The translations under genes were made by a program, and so were the position numbers. DNA of 64,000 bases from Nitrosopumilaceae archaeon (lineage in GTDB: Archaea; Thermoproteota; Nitrososphaeria; Nitrososphaerales; Nitrosopumilaceae): assembly GCA_965214835.1 (NCBI GenBank), contig CBDCCK010000002.1:3136001-3200000 (forward strand). The letters run 5' to 3'. Positions within the stretch are counted from its first letter, which is position 1; every line of letters begins with the position of its first letter. Positions 20,471 through 29,220 of the stretch are shown here, in pieces. The notes beneath the pieces are model-generated. The model had not been told where the DNA came from, searched no databases, and saw nothing but the letters and a program-made list of their open reading frames with translations.

Positions 20471-20601
20471 GTCTCTTCCTTGAGTTCTTTCATGAATTCA
20501 TCAAATGACAGTGTTTTTTTGCCTTTGTCATCTGCGTAAAACTCGTCAATATCTCTGACCTCCTCCGGGGTTAGATCATCAATAGGCCCTGTTTCTGACA
20601 C
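20467..20601 (-). CDS. Small acidic antitoxin-like protein (44 aa)
   Basis: GGAGG RBS, GTG start: MSETGPIDDLTPEEVRDIDEFYADDKGKKTLSFDEFMKELKEET. Confidence 0.7.
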   Translation of the reverse strand: MSETGPIDDLTPEEVRDIDEFYADDKGKKTLSFDEFMKELKEET

Positions 20602-20680
20602 ATGGCCTCCTCCATCCTGTTCCTAAAAAGGATTGTCGTGAGATCAGCTAGGCGAAGAGTGCCCCGGATTTGACGTCATG

Positions 20681-20771
20681 TAGTGCGCGCATCAAAAAAA
20701 ACGGATCACATCTTTGACATACCGTGCCTGTTTCGATAAAAAAAATATCCGGTTTTCAACTGCACGCACTA
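20681..20771. mobile_element. MITE family D, copy 2 (91 bp)
   Basis: tagtgcgcgca ... tgcacgcacta TIRs. Confidence 0.88.
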
Positions 20772-20883
20772 CAGTCATGCACGAATTTGCAGCTGTGGCT
20801 TTCATGCCTGCCCATCAATGGGACATGGCATCATGTAAAAAATCCAGCTTGATGTTTATATTGGGATAGCTTTCACTAGAATC

Positions 20884-21048
20884 GTGCCCAAACTGCGCTG
20901 TGCTGACTACGGATTCGAATGTGAGTTTGAATCAGACGGTGAGACTCAGAAGGTCATCGAGGAGTTTGGAAGGCACACCGAGGAGGAGCACGGCATAGAA
21001 TACTCGACAGAGGTCCTGATGCAGTTCATCCTGAGAAAACAGGGTTAG
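20884..21048 (+). CDS. Small metal-binding protein (DUF1059-like)
   Basis: MPKLRCADYGFECEF...HTEEEHG; manual translation. Confidence 0.8.
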   Translation: MPKLRCADYGFECEFESDGETQKVIEEFGRHTEEEHGIEYSTEVLMQFILRKQG

Positions 21049-21081
21049 AATGGACTTCATATGGTCCCAGAGGACTGAACC

Positions 21082-21927
21082 CTAGCCGTATGACTCGTAC
21101 TTTATGGCATAGCTGCCGTCGGGCTTTTTGTCATGCAGGGTGACGAATCCCTTGTCCCTTACGTGATCGATTACGCCGTCAATCGTGCCTTGGTATCCGC
21201 AGATGTAGATCATGGTATTCTCCGGGGTGATCTCCTCGCCGACGAGCTCCTCCAGTGCAGAGGGCTTGCCCCTTCCCTTTGGCTTGAAGAAGGACTCTAC
21301 CCTCCCCGTATGCCCGGTCCAGGAGCGGTTGAACCACTCCTTTGGCCTGCTGATTGCGGCGCGATACACAAAGTTCCACCTGTCGGCGCCCTCCTTTTTG
21401 CTGAGGTTCTCCAGGTCGGTAAATTCTTCTTTGTAGCTTAGCTCATCTACATAGCTTGCGCCGTGAAGCACGATAATCTCCCTCGTATCCCCTGTCTCCC
21501 TCAGGTGCTTTGCAAAGGCGACAAACGGAGCGATTCCGGTGCCGCCGCCGACACAGACAATCCGCCGCCTGTCCGGCTTTCCGCTTGGCAGTGCATCATC
21601 AATTGTCAGCGCGTTGCCGGTCGGCATTCCGATTCCAATCTTGTCACCCTCGCTTGCATAAAACAGCATGGTTGTAACGCGGCCGGGAAGCGGCTTTCTC
21701 ACCCACCTGATTACGAACTCAAAGTACTTTCTGTTTTCTGGGTGCGACGCTATCGAGTAGGCGCGCCTGACTATTTTATATCCCTCGGCAACGACGGGCA
21801 GAGCCAGTGTCAGAAACTGGCCGGTGATGTATTGGGGCATTCCGGCATCTGGAACGATCCTTATAATCATCAGATCCTCCCTGAGAATTCTGATGTGGGT
21901 GATTGTCGCCGGATAGTCCTTTGCCAT
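21082..21927 (-). CDS. Ferredoxin--NADP+ reductase
   Basis: RRAYSIAS, GGGTGIAPF, YICG, terminal ESYG. Confidence 0.9.
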   Translation of the reverse strand: MAKDYPATITHIRILREDLMIIRIVPDAGMPQYITGQFLTLALPVVAEGYKIVRRAYSIASHPENRKYFEFVIRWVRKPLPGRVTTMLFYASEGDKIGIGMPTGNALTIDDALPSGKPDRRRIVCVGGGTGIAPFVAFAKHLRETGDTREIIVLHGASYVDELSYKEEFTDLENLSKKEGADRWNFVYRAAISRPKEWFNRSWTGHTGRVESFFKPKGRGKPSALEELVGEEITPENTMIYICGYQGTIDGVIDHVRDKGFVTLHDKKPDGSYAIKYESYG

Positions 21928-22000
21928 AATACAGAGGTTCGTGCAACTTTGGTTAAATAGATTTCTGCTGGCCTTGATCGCAAAGAAAGAGAAAAGTGGG

Positions 22001-22423
22001 TTATTTTACGATCAGTACCGGTATGTTGGACTTGTGCATTACCTGGTTGGATACGCTTCCAAGGAACTTTTCCTTGGCGCCGCTCAGGCCCCTGGCACCC
22101 ACTACTATCATGTCGAACCCCCCTTTCTCAGCTGCGCTTACTATCTGGTCCGCAGTATGTCCGCCTCCCGTGGCATACCGGAACTTTGCGCCGGCACGCT
22201 CACACTTTTGCATTGCGGGGCCCACTGCATGTGCGGCCTTGTCCTGCGCCTGGTCTTTCATTGTCTGAGTGTATTTTATTCCAGCCAGCTTGGGTAGGTG
22301 GAAGACATAGTAGGCGGTAATTTCGGCGTCGCTTGCCTTTGCAATCGAGATTGCACGATCCAGTCCCCGCATGGAATTCGGAGAGCCGTCAACAGGTACT
22401 AGGATTTTTTCGAATTTTCCCAT
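22001..22423 (-). CDS. Universal stress protein
   Basis: KILVPVDGS, IVVGARG, LGSVSNQV, PVLIVK. Confidence 0.93.
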   Translation of the reverse strand: MGKFEKILVPVDGSPNSMRGLDRAISIAKASDAEITAYYVFHLPKLAGIKYTQTMKDQAQDKAAHAVGPAMQKCERAGAKFRYATGGGHTADQIVSAAEKGGFDMIVVGARGLSGAKEKFLGSVSNQVMHKSNIPVLIVK

Positions 22424-22623
22424 AAACGGCCAAGCGCATCGCAGTATAAAAATGATAATCACGGCAGCTGGGCAATCGGTCAGGCTAAGCACAAGGCCAA
22501 TTTTTGATCACCACTCGATCTATATGCACTCAAACCACACCTAGATTCATTTCCAGATTGAGGGCAAAATACTGCGCGACGAGCCGGCCCGCGTCATGGC
22601 CGAGTTGGGCAGAAGGGATGAGA

Positions 22624-22697
22624 GTACGAGGTCACCTACCCCCACCAGTCAGGCACGAATTAAATGCATGATTGCGATTTTCGTGCCTAGCTAGCAA
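22624..22697. mobile_element. Family-E MITE, right end truncated
   Basis: gtacgaggtcacctaccccc...ctagctagcaa, closely matches 47278 copy. Confidence 0.8.
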
Positions 22698-22893
22698 CCG
22701 CAAGCAGATCAGCAGGGTCCGCGTCAGGGTGGAGCACCACATAGGGCGGCTCAAGAAGTACGACATCCTGACCATGCCGTTTGGCGGAACCGCCAGGGAT
22801 CTCAATTATTTCATGCAGGTAATTACGGGTCTTGAGAACCTCAAGGCGATACTGAAAAAGAAAGGGTGCTACGGCCACCTGCTTGAGATATAG
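22698..22893 (+). pseudogene. C-terminal fragment of IS5-family (DDE_Tnp_4-like) transposase
   Basis: ISRVRVRVEHHIGRLKKYDIL. Confidence 0.75.
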
Positions 22894-23076
22894 CGTACGG
22901 TGGCACGAGCCGCCTTTCTTATGACTTGACAACAGGGCACATCACCGTGCTGCAAGGCCGCGCACATCCTTTTGACATGAACCGATTTTTGTGCGCGTCA
23001 TGACATGTCCGCATGCGGTAGCTTGATCTGATCGATACATCCACGCCCGGAAAACCCCGCGGAGTTTTTAATCCCG

Positions 23077-23164
23077 GTCGATTACGCATAAGGTCTAATC
23101 GGTTCAGATCCGGGATTATTACGAACAAATTCGCCTCATTCAGGTCGATTACGCATAAGGTCTA
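23077..23164. mobile_element. Nested family-C MITE ends
   Basis: Two successive gtcgattacgcataaggtcta ends; 23096-23164 matches the body of 26159..26240. Confidence 0.8.
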
Positions 23165-23382
23165 GTAGCTACTGCGGTATTGTCACATTCCGTCCTGTCT
23201 ATCCACAGATCCGGCGAATCCAGCTGGTACTCTATGCCTTCGATGGGGGTAGGACGGCTGGTCTGCTGCAACACATGGCAGCGTGGATCGGCACAGTCAA
23301 AGATTCCAAATGCGTCCTGGCCATATGCAACAATACACAGTGCAAAGACTGCAAAAAACAAAACGGGAAGCTTGGTCATCAT
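23149..23382 (-). pseudogene. Secreted protein truncated by family-C MITE
   Basis: Signal peptide MMTKLPVLFFAVFALCIVAYGQDAFG; last codons and stop come from the MITE. Confidence 0.65.
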
Positions 23383-24383
23383 TTTACCAACAAGCTGTTA
23401 AAGACGGGCAGCAGCTCATCAAGCGTGTGATAACGTGAATTTACGCTCATCAATGTATGTTCATCATGATGGAAGATAATGAAGGCACGATAGTGATTCA
23501 GAGCATTTCCGCCCTCAAATGCAGCTACCGTTTTCCCGTCACGCGTCATCTCCCTAAAACCCTCCCCGTAGTTGCCGTACTGGGAACCAAAAACTTCTTT
23601 GATATGTTCTATCGTATCTTCAATCTCGTCAAGAGGAACAACCTTATACTCGGCCCAAACCACAAATCCCTCGGAGTGCTTCAATTCGTAGTTAGTCACG
23701 TTTTCATTTAATACAAAGGTAGTCGGAACAAACTGTATCTTCAGGCTGCAGTTGCCTGAAGGGTAACAGGTATTGTCTGCATACAGCAGTCGCTGTCCGT
23801 CGGGAATGTATGTGGGCATCCAGTCCTCAATGTGGAACCCTGCTCCGGGGGTTATGGAGTATTTTTCATGCTGCGTTGCAGGCAGTCTTATCAGGTTGTC
23901 GGGGCCGACATCGTTGGGGGTTATGTCGCTGTCCATGATCGTTTCATAGTAGGGCCACGGGGGAGGGTATCTTGCAAGTGCGGGTCTTTTGATCTCCCGC
24001 CCGTCATCGACAAACTCCACGGGAGACGAGGCACTCAGCACCACAAAGCCGTCGACTTCTCCGGCATCGGGGCCGTCGATGCTGCTGTCGCCTCCGGCTG
24101 CTGCCTCCTCCGGCTGCTGCCGGTCATGGCGTTCTGCTGCCTGTGCTACCGGCACCCATCCCTTTTGCAGCAGTTTTTGCACCGAGCCCTCGCTGATGCA
24201 GGCAGGCGTTCCACGCGTGGTCTCCATCAACGTCTTTGAATCCCGGCACTGTATCTCGTGTATCGGCACCCCAGCCTCATGCTGTGCCATCGGAGACGGC
24301 ACCTCTGCCGTTGCACCGAGCGACAGCATGCCCGCGCCTGCGACAAGGAGCAGTGCAAGAGCGACCGCTACCGCATTCATCAC
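23379..24383 (-). CDS. Secreted protein with N-terminal two-Cys 'PPLKQ-like' module
   Basis: Signal peptide then SPMAQHEAGV..IQC..PAC..GW; same module in serpin 60957..62369. Confidence 0.8.
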   Translation of the reverse strand: MMNAVAVALALLLVAGAGMLSLGATAEVPSPMAQHEAGVPIHEIQCRDSKTLMETTRGTPACISEGSVQKLLQKGWVPVAQAAERHDRQQPEEAAAGGDSSIDGPDAGEVDGFVVLSASSPVEFVDDGREIKRPALARYPPPWPYYETIMDSDITPNDVGPDNLIRLPATQHEKYSITPGAGFHIEDWMPTYIPDGQRLLYADNTCYPSGNCSLKIQFVPTTFVLNENVTNYELKHSEGFVVWAEYKVVPLDEIEDTIEHIKEVFGSQYGNYGEGFREMTRDGKTVAAFEGGNALNHYRAFIIFHHDEHTLMSVNSRYHTLDELLPVFNSLLVK

Positions 24384-24414
24384 CTTTCCTCAATACTGAA
24401 ATATTTAAGTGATC

Positions 24415-24557
24415 CAGAGAGTTGGTTCGAAATTAGCAGATTCTGATTATTTGTGAAGGAGTATGCATGAAACAGCTCCAAACATCAACAAAATGCAGAT
24501 TATCTGTGAAATTACTTGAAAAATTCATACGATTTCTAATTTCAGCTCACCTCTCTG
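24415..24557. mobile_element. Possible MITE with imperfect CAGAGAG termini
   Basis: cagagagttggttcgaaattag / ctaatttcagctcacctctctg; left end recurs at ~28969-28997. Confidence 0.5.
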
Positions 24558-24569
24558 CGTACTCCACGT

Positions 24570-25394
24570 TTTCCTAGTCATATCTGTGATTCGACCTCCA
24601 AGCTAAAAAAGTGTGCATTGCAGATCGTTCCTTCTTTTTTGGGATCCGCACCAGCAGGATGCGACCACGTCCACATGGACGAGACGGGGATGCCGTGCAA
24701 CGGCAGGAGCGGCCATATGTGGGTGACAGTGGGCGTCAAGGACGGCGCGCACATGGTGGCGACTGACAGCAGGAGGGCATCCGTACTCAACGAGCACTTT
24801 TCATACGTGCCCAGGGTCGGGGTGACCGACGGATACCCCAGGTACGAAAAGTTCTTCGGCAGGAACCGGCAGCGGTGCTGGGCCCACATTGTCCGGGTGG
24901 CAGGCGCCCAGGGTGAAAAATCGGACTCCCCGGAGGTCTGCGACGCAGGCAGGCGCCTCAGGGAGCAGTTGCACCACGCCAAGGGACTGGGCCGCCGGAG
25001 GGAGCCCGGCAGCGCAACAGGCTGGTGGCAGGGACGCGCGAGCTGGCCGCCGCATACAGGAAGGAAGGATGCGGCAGCTATGCCACAAAGCTTGACAACG
25101 CCTCGGAGTTTCTCTACACGTTCACACTGCATTCTGGGATGGATCCCACCAACAACCTAGCCGAGCGCACGTTGAGGCCCGGCGTGATCGCGCGCAAGAT
25201 ACGGTTCGGACTGCGGGCGGGCAGAAGATGTTCGGCAACATATCGACGTGCATCGTGACATGGCGCCTCCGGGGGTACAACGTGGCGGACATGATCATGG
25301 ACGCGCTGGTTGTCTTGGCAGATGAGATTCGGGCCGGACTGAAAAGGTACAACGTGGCGGACATGATCATGGACGCGCTGGCCAAAAACCCCGG
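24570..25394 (+). pseudogene. IS66-family transposase remnant, frameshifted
   Basis: VHMDETG, VTDGYPRY, QRCWAHIVR, PTNNLAERTLRPGVIARKI spread over several frames. Confidence 0.88.
25274..25381. repeat. 36-bp direct duplication in IS66 remnant
   Basis: ggtacaacgtggcggacatgatcatggacgcgctgg at 25274-25309 and 25346-25381. Confidence 0.9.
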
Positions 25395-25484
25395 ATACGC
25401 GGTCATCTGCCCCTAGCAATCATGTACGGATCTGCATGCAGGTGTGATTTTCATGCCTAGACGGCGGGGGGTCGTGACTTCAAC
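25395..25484. mobile_element. Degenerate family-E MITE-like sequence at the end of the IS66 remnant
   Basis: atacgcggtcatctgcccctagcaatcatgtacggat...tttcatgcctag...gtgacttc. Confidence 0.6.
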
Positions 25485-25496
25485 TCTAGGCAGGGG

Positions 25497-25553
25497 CTAT
25501 CCTGTTACGATCTCCTCTGGGGTCAGGTCGTCGACCTGCTCTGTCTTGGGCAT
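25497..25553 (-). pseudogene. Truncated paralogue of the 20467 antitoxin
   Basis: MPKTEQVDDLTPEEIVTG* shares DDLTPEE. Confidence 0.55.
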
Positions 25554-25598
25554 GTCCTATGTTGCAGTCTTCCTGCTTTTAAGGATGGCTGATCCGCT

Positions 25599-25723
25599 CA
25601 GTCTTCCCAAATGGAACCCGGCTCACGGCGGTGCAGGCGGCAGCGTGCGGCGGATCTGCATACAACATAATCTGAATTGCGTCAAACTTGGAGTCGCTTT
25701 ACATGGAACTTTTGGAAAGGCTG
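25599..25723. mobile_element. MITE family F (CAGTCTTCCC termini)
   Basis: cagtcttcccaa ... ttttggaaaggctg; related to 29035 and 54578 copies. Confidence 0.65.
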
Positions 25724-25796
25724 TTTAGATCCTGTGTCCGTCTCCGGCTGATTTCTCCGTGTTGGTTGCCGGCCGATCTCACAGATTCATCAAGTC

Positions 25797-26126
25797 TTAT
25801 TGTCTGATCCCTGATTTGTAAATTAAGAATGCGCCTATTCCGATTATCACATATAGTGCTAAGGATAACCCCGTATTGTGAAGACACCAGTCTAACTCTG
25901 CCAATGACCCTCCAAATACCTCAAGAAAATGATCTGAGCGTAAATGACATTGAATGGCAAACTCATGAACTGTTTGAAATCTGCCCGGATTGTACGGTTG
26001 AAGAGAAAATATAATTCCAGCTATCATAGATCCTGCCCCTACAAAAAACAATTTTTTACGCTTCATATCAAAATAAAAAAAGATTATGTAATATTCGTTA
26101 CCGAATATTGAATTGAGTAGTGCCAA
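25797..26126 (-). CDS. AT-rich small membrane protein
   Basis: Hydrophobic N- and C-terminal segments; start may be internal MKRKK. Confidence 0.55.
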   Translation of the reverse strand: MALLNSIFGNEYYIIFFYFDMKRKKLFFVGAGSMIAGIIFSLQPYNPGRFQTVHEFAIQCHLRSDHFLEVFGGSLAELDWCLHNTGLSLALYVIIGIGAFLIYKSGIRQ

Positions 26127-26158
26127 GAATCTTCTGGATTATCATAATCTTGGCCTGT

Positions 26159-26240
26159 TAGACTTTATGCGTAATCGATTCAGATCTAGGATTGTTACGA
26201 ACAAATTTGCCTTATTCAGGTCGATTACGCATAAAGTCTA
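26159..26240. mobile_element. MITE family C (82 bp)
   Basis: Perfect 20-bp inverted repeat tagactttatgcgtaatcga / tcgattacgcataaagtcta. Confidence 0.9.
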
Positions 26241-26315
26241 ATATGATAAAGGGCAGCTATGTGTGCGGTTCAAGTCCTGCATGGTTCGTGTGATTGTCGA
26301 CACAAGAGTGTTTTA

Positions 26316-26394
26316 TAGCAACGAGCAGAAATAATTGAGGTTTTTTACGTGTAGTTATGACCTACTTTGACTCAAAGACTTCTGCCCGTTGCTA
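26316..26394. mobile_element. MITE family A, copy 2
   Basis: One visible difference from 12876..12954; TA on both sides. Confidence 0.9.
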
Positions 26395-26858
26395 TAATTG
26401 GCTGGCGTCATGAACTGTTACATGATATCCTAGATCATCGGATTCCAGTTCTTGATACCTTGCATCTTGTTCACAGCCAATGTTGTTTCCACTCTTGCAG
26501 TCAGCGACGGTCACATGTAACAATTTTCCATATACGGCAACAACAATTCTCGCAATCGGCCTTTTGATGAATGTTCCTCATCTCCATACTTTGGATAAAT
26601 CACGCTTTCCAAATGATCCATAAAGTCCCTCCGTGTTTCTACTTTGGGGCCTAGAGCTCGTTGCTGACAGCACTTTTCACCACGGTTTAATTCTAGGGGT
26701 GTTTTATAATAGATGCCAGCACTCGCCCTCAAATGCAGCAGCTGCCCGAAGCAGGCAGTCCCCCCGAAGACGCACCAGTACGAAAATCCGCCAAATCATG
26801 GGTGATTTGCCACCAAGATTCAAAAAAACTGATAAACCCATGGTTAGGATTTCAGTTG

Positions 26859-27209
26859 TTGACGGAATTTATCCACGAGCCCTACTCCAGGGTTCATGTA
26901 AGGGATGTGATCAAGCTTACACTAGATGATCTCATCACCATGATGTCGACCCTGGAGTCAGGTACCGCATACTGGGCAGACGGCGTTCTTTTTGCCAGTT
27001 TTGCAATGACTGACTCGGAGGAGCTTGCAAAAAAGGAGATTGGCGGGGAGACCTACGTAGATAAGATCATATTTACAAGGCACGAAAGGTTCTCAAAGAC
27101 GATAAAGTCGTCTACAAACCTGGAGATCGGCGTTCTCAACGTACAAAAAAGCGGCCTGTACAGGGATCTTATCGCATGGCTAAAGCTGCAGCCGATATGG
27201 AATCAATAG
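26859..27209 (+). CDS. Hypothetical protein
   Basis: MTEFIHEPYSRVHVRD...AYWADGVLFASF; probable TTG start. Confidence 0.75.
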   Translation: MTEFIHEPYSRVHVRDVIKLTLDDLITMMSTLESGTAYWADGVLFASFAMTDSEELAKKEIGGETYVDKIIFTRHERFSKTIKSSTNLEIGVLNVQKSGLYRDLIAWLKLQPIWNQ

Positions 27210-27296
27210 TGCAAGGCCGCCGCCCCGACCAGCAGTCGTGAATCTACATGCGGCCGTGATTTTCATGCCTGGCCAGCAGGGGAGGTGGCCCCATGC
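27209..27296. mobile_element. Highly degenerate family-E MITE
   Basis: gtgcaaggccgc...gtgattttcatgcctggccagcagggg...gtggccccatgc. Confidence 0.6.
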
Positions 27297-27343
27297 GCCC
27301 AACAGCCAAAAATCCTTTTAGATTAGAAGGATGTTGACATCCT

Positions 27344-27742
27344 ATGAGCCAGTCAAAACCAATATCAGAGGTTCTAGTAAAAGACGTAATGTCGACTAGG
27401 CTGGTGACGGTTCCAGGCGACACCACCGCACTGCAGGTTGCAAAGATGATGGAGCACGGAAACATCGGCGCGGTGTTTGTCAAAAAGGGCGATGTCCCGG
27501 CCAGCATAATCACGGACAGGGACTATGCTACGCGAATAGCGGTCAACGGCAGCAGCCTTGATACCGCAGTGGAGGGACTGGCATCCTACCCGCTGATAAC
27601 GGTGAGGCCCGACGACTCGCTAGTGGCCGCAGCAAAGATAATGAGGGATAAAAAGATCAGAAAGCTTGCCGTCAGGGATAACGGCCGGATCGTGGGCATC
27701 ATAACGTCGACAAACATAGTAAACCAGGTATCACAAACCTAG
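27344..27742 (+). CDS. CBS-domain pair protein
   Basis: VKDVMS, IITDRD, KIRKLAV, IVGIITS. Confidence 0.93.
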   Translation: MSQSKPISEVLVKDVMSTRLVTVPGDTTALQVAKMMEHGNIGAVFVKKGDVPASIITDRDYATRIAVNGSSLDTAVEGLASYPLITVRPDDSLVAAAKIMRDKKIRKLAVRDNGRIVGIITSTNIVNQVSQT

Positions 27743-27793
27743 TCTTTTTGCATCCTTGATGCCATGACGAAATTATATTAACAAGAGTGTTCA

Positions 27794-27931
27794 ATGTCAT
27801 ACATGTCAGAAGGCAATCCATCATGTCCATATTGCGACTCGATATTTGACACCAAGGAGGATCTCTCAAAGCACATCGACAGGATACACGGGGACTCTGG
27901 GGTACTAGAAGGCAGCACAAAGAGGAACTGA
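27794..27931 (+). CDS. Mini C2H2 zinc-finger protein (45 aa)
   Basis: CPYCDSIFDTKEDLSKHIDRIH; manual translation. Confidence 0.8.
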   Translation: MSYMSEGNPSCPYCDSIFDTKEDLSKHIDRIHGDSGVLEGSTKRN

Positions 27932-27932
27932 G

Positions 27933-28310
27933 TCAGTCGGTATAGAAGGAGTCTGGAAACTCGGCTCTTCGCCAGTCCATCAGGCGGTTGAAGGTCTGCA
28001 AATAGTCCTCGGACTTGGTGGTAATGTGGACGTGTGCATCAAACTCCTCGCACCGTCCCTCAAAGATTACGGTGCACTGTCTTTTGAACAGTGGGACGGT
28101 TACGCCTATCTTTCGTATTGACTCGAATTTGTAGGAACCCACTTGCAAAAAGGCCCCAGAAACGGACACGTCACTTGGTTCCCGGTTTTTGTTGTAGGAG
28201 GCTATCTCGTCCTGGCGCGCCCGGGTCCATTGGGGGGCATCAGGCGGCCACCTGTGTATGTGTGTCTTGTGAGCTACAAAACCAAAGTCAGACCCGGTCA
28301 ACGGGAACAC
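27933..28310 (-). CDS. Hypothetical protein
   Basis: 125-aa ORF with AT-rich promoter-like upstream sequence. Confidence 0.65.
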   Translation of the reverse strand: MFPLTGSDFGFVAHKTHIHRWPPDAPQWTRARQDEIASYNKNREPSDVSVSGAFLQVGSYKFESIRKIGVTVPLFKRQCTVIFEGRCEEFDAHVHITTKSEDYLQTFNRLMDWRRAEFPDSFYTD

Positions 28311-28340
28311 GGAGAACTTCCTGCTATAAATTAACTAGGA

Positions 28341-28640
28341 TCAATACCTTGATTTCTTGACAGTCGCGGTCCGTTTTTGCGAGATCACCAGGCCTCGCTT
28401 GGAGCGGGACTTGGCAACCTTGCCTTCCTTGGAGGCAGGAGTCTTGCCGGAGCGCCTGGCCGCCCTCTTTGCACCTATGCGAATCTTTTGGCTTTTCCTG
28501 CTTGCGTCAATTTGTGCGAGAGTTGGTCTGCGCCTTCTAGAGCCTTTTACCTGGTGACTTTTTTCATGCATGCTTACTCGATGGAACGTATCCATGGTTC
28601 CCCTCCAGGAGAACTTGCATTCCGGGCAGCTCCACCTCAT
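28341..28640 (-). CDS. C2H2 zinc finger plus highly basic tail
   Basis: MRWSCPECKF...MHEKSH then K/R-rich tail. Confidence 0.65.
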   Translation of the reverse strand: MRWSCPECKFSWRGTMDTFHRVSMHEKSHQVKGSRRRRPTLAQIDASRKSQKIRIGAKRAARRSGKTPASKEGKVAKSRSKRGLVISQKRTATVKKSRY

Positions 28641-29034
28641 TACAGTCCCATGTGAAACACAGTATAAAACAAGTTTGTTTTTGATAGTCTGTTGCACAAC
28701 CTTGGTTTTAGGCACAAAAAATTAGCCGTTTTTACGCGTTCAGGCACGGTTATGCAACAAGCTAATGAAGTGGGAGCGTTTTTCAAAGAAATTGCAAATC
28801 TTCTAGCTCAATCAAGCGGAAGTCAACTTTGTTCAAGTGGTGTTCATTCTGTTCAAGCATATACTGAAGGAACATTAGAAATTCATTACCACATAGACAA
28901 TGTTGGACAAGAAATACGAATTACAGACCACTGTGTCATCCCCCACTCCTAATTTTACACCCATGCCTGAGAGTTGATTTGAAATTAGCAAATTCTGTAC
29001 AACATCAGGTTCTATTTAAACCGGTCAGGGAACT

Positions 29035-29155
29035 CAGTCTTCCCAGAAGTAACCGACTTGTGGAGGTGCAGGAAGCGACATGCGAATCTGCAGGCGCCCT
29101 TATTTGAATTGTTTCGAGCCGGGGATAATTTGACGTGGTACTTCTGGGAAGACTG
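29035..29155. mobile_element. MITE family F (121 bp)
   Basis: Perfect 17-bp inverted repeat cagtcttcccagaagta / tacttctgggaagactg. Confidence 0.85.
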
Positions 29156-29220
29156 CCATATGAGGCAGATTCTAATTGGCACCACAGGACCGCTTAGATG
29201 GGAGCGGACGCCGTTTGGAT

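Larger units (their letters stand above)
20024..20836. mobile_element. Old family-E MITE split in two (20024-20047 and 20772-20836)
   Basis: Halves rejoin to a full family-E copy; degenerate TSD aaaaaact / aaaaaatc. Confidence 0.7.

Noticed and set aside
25274-25381. 36-36-36 repeat-spacer-repeat as a mini-CRISPR
   Set aside because: Only two copies, both encode IS66 transposase C-terminal residues in frame; a local duplication is simpler
12876-26394. 13.5-kb composite transposon between the two family-A MITEs
   Set aside because: Each copy has its own TA duplication, and the first has a restorable empty site within one gene
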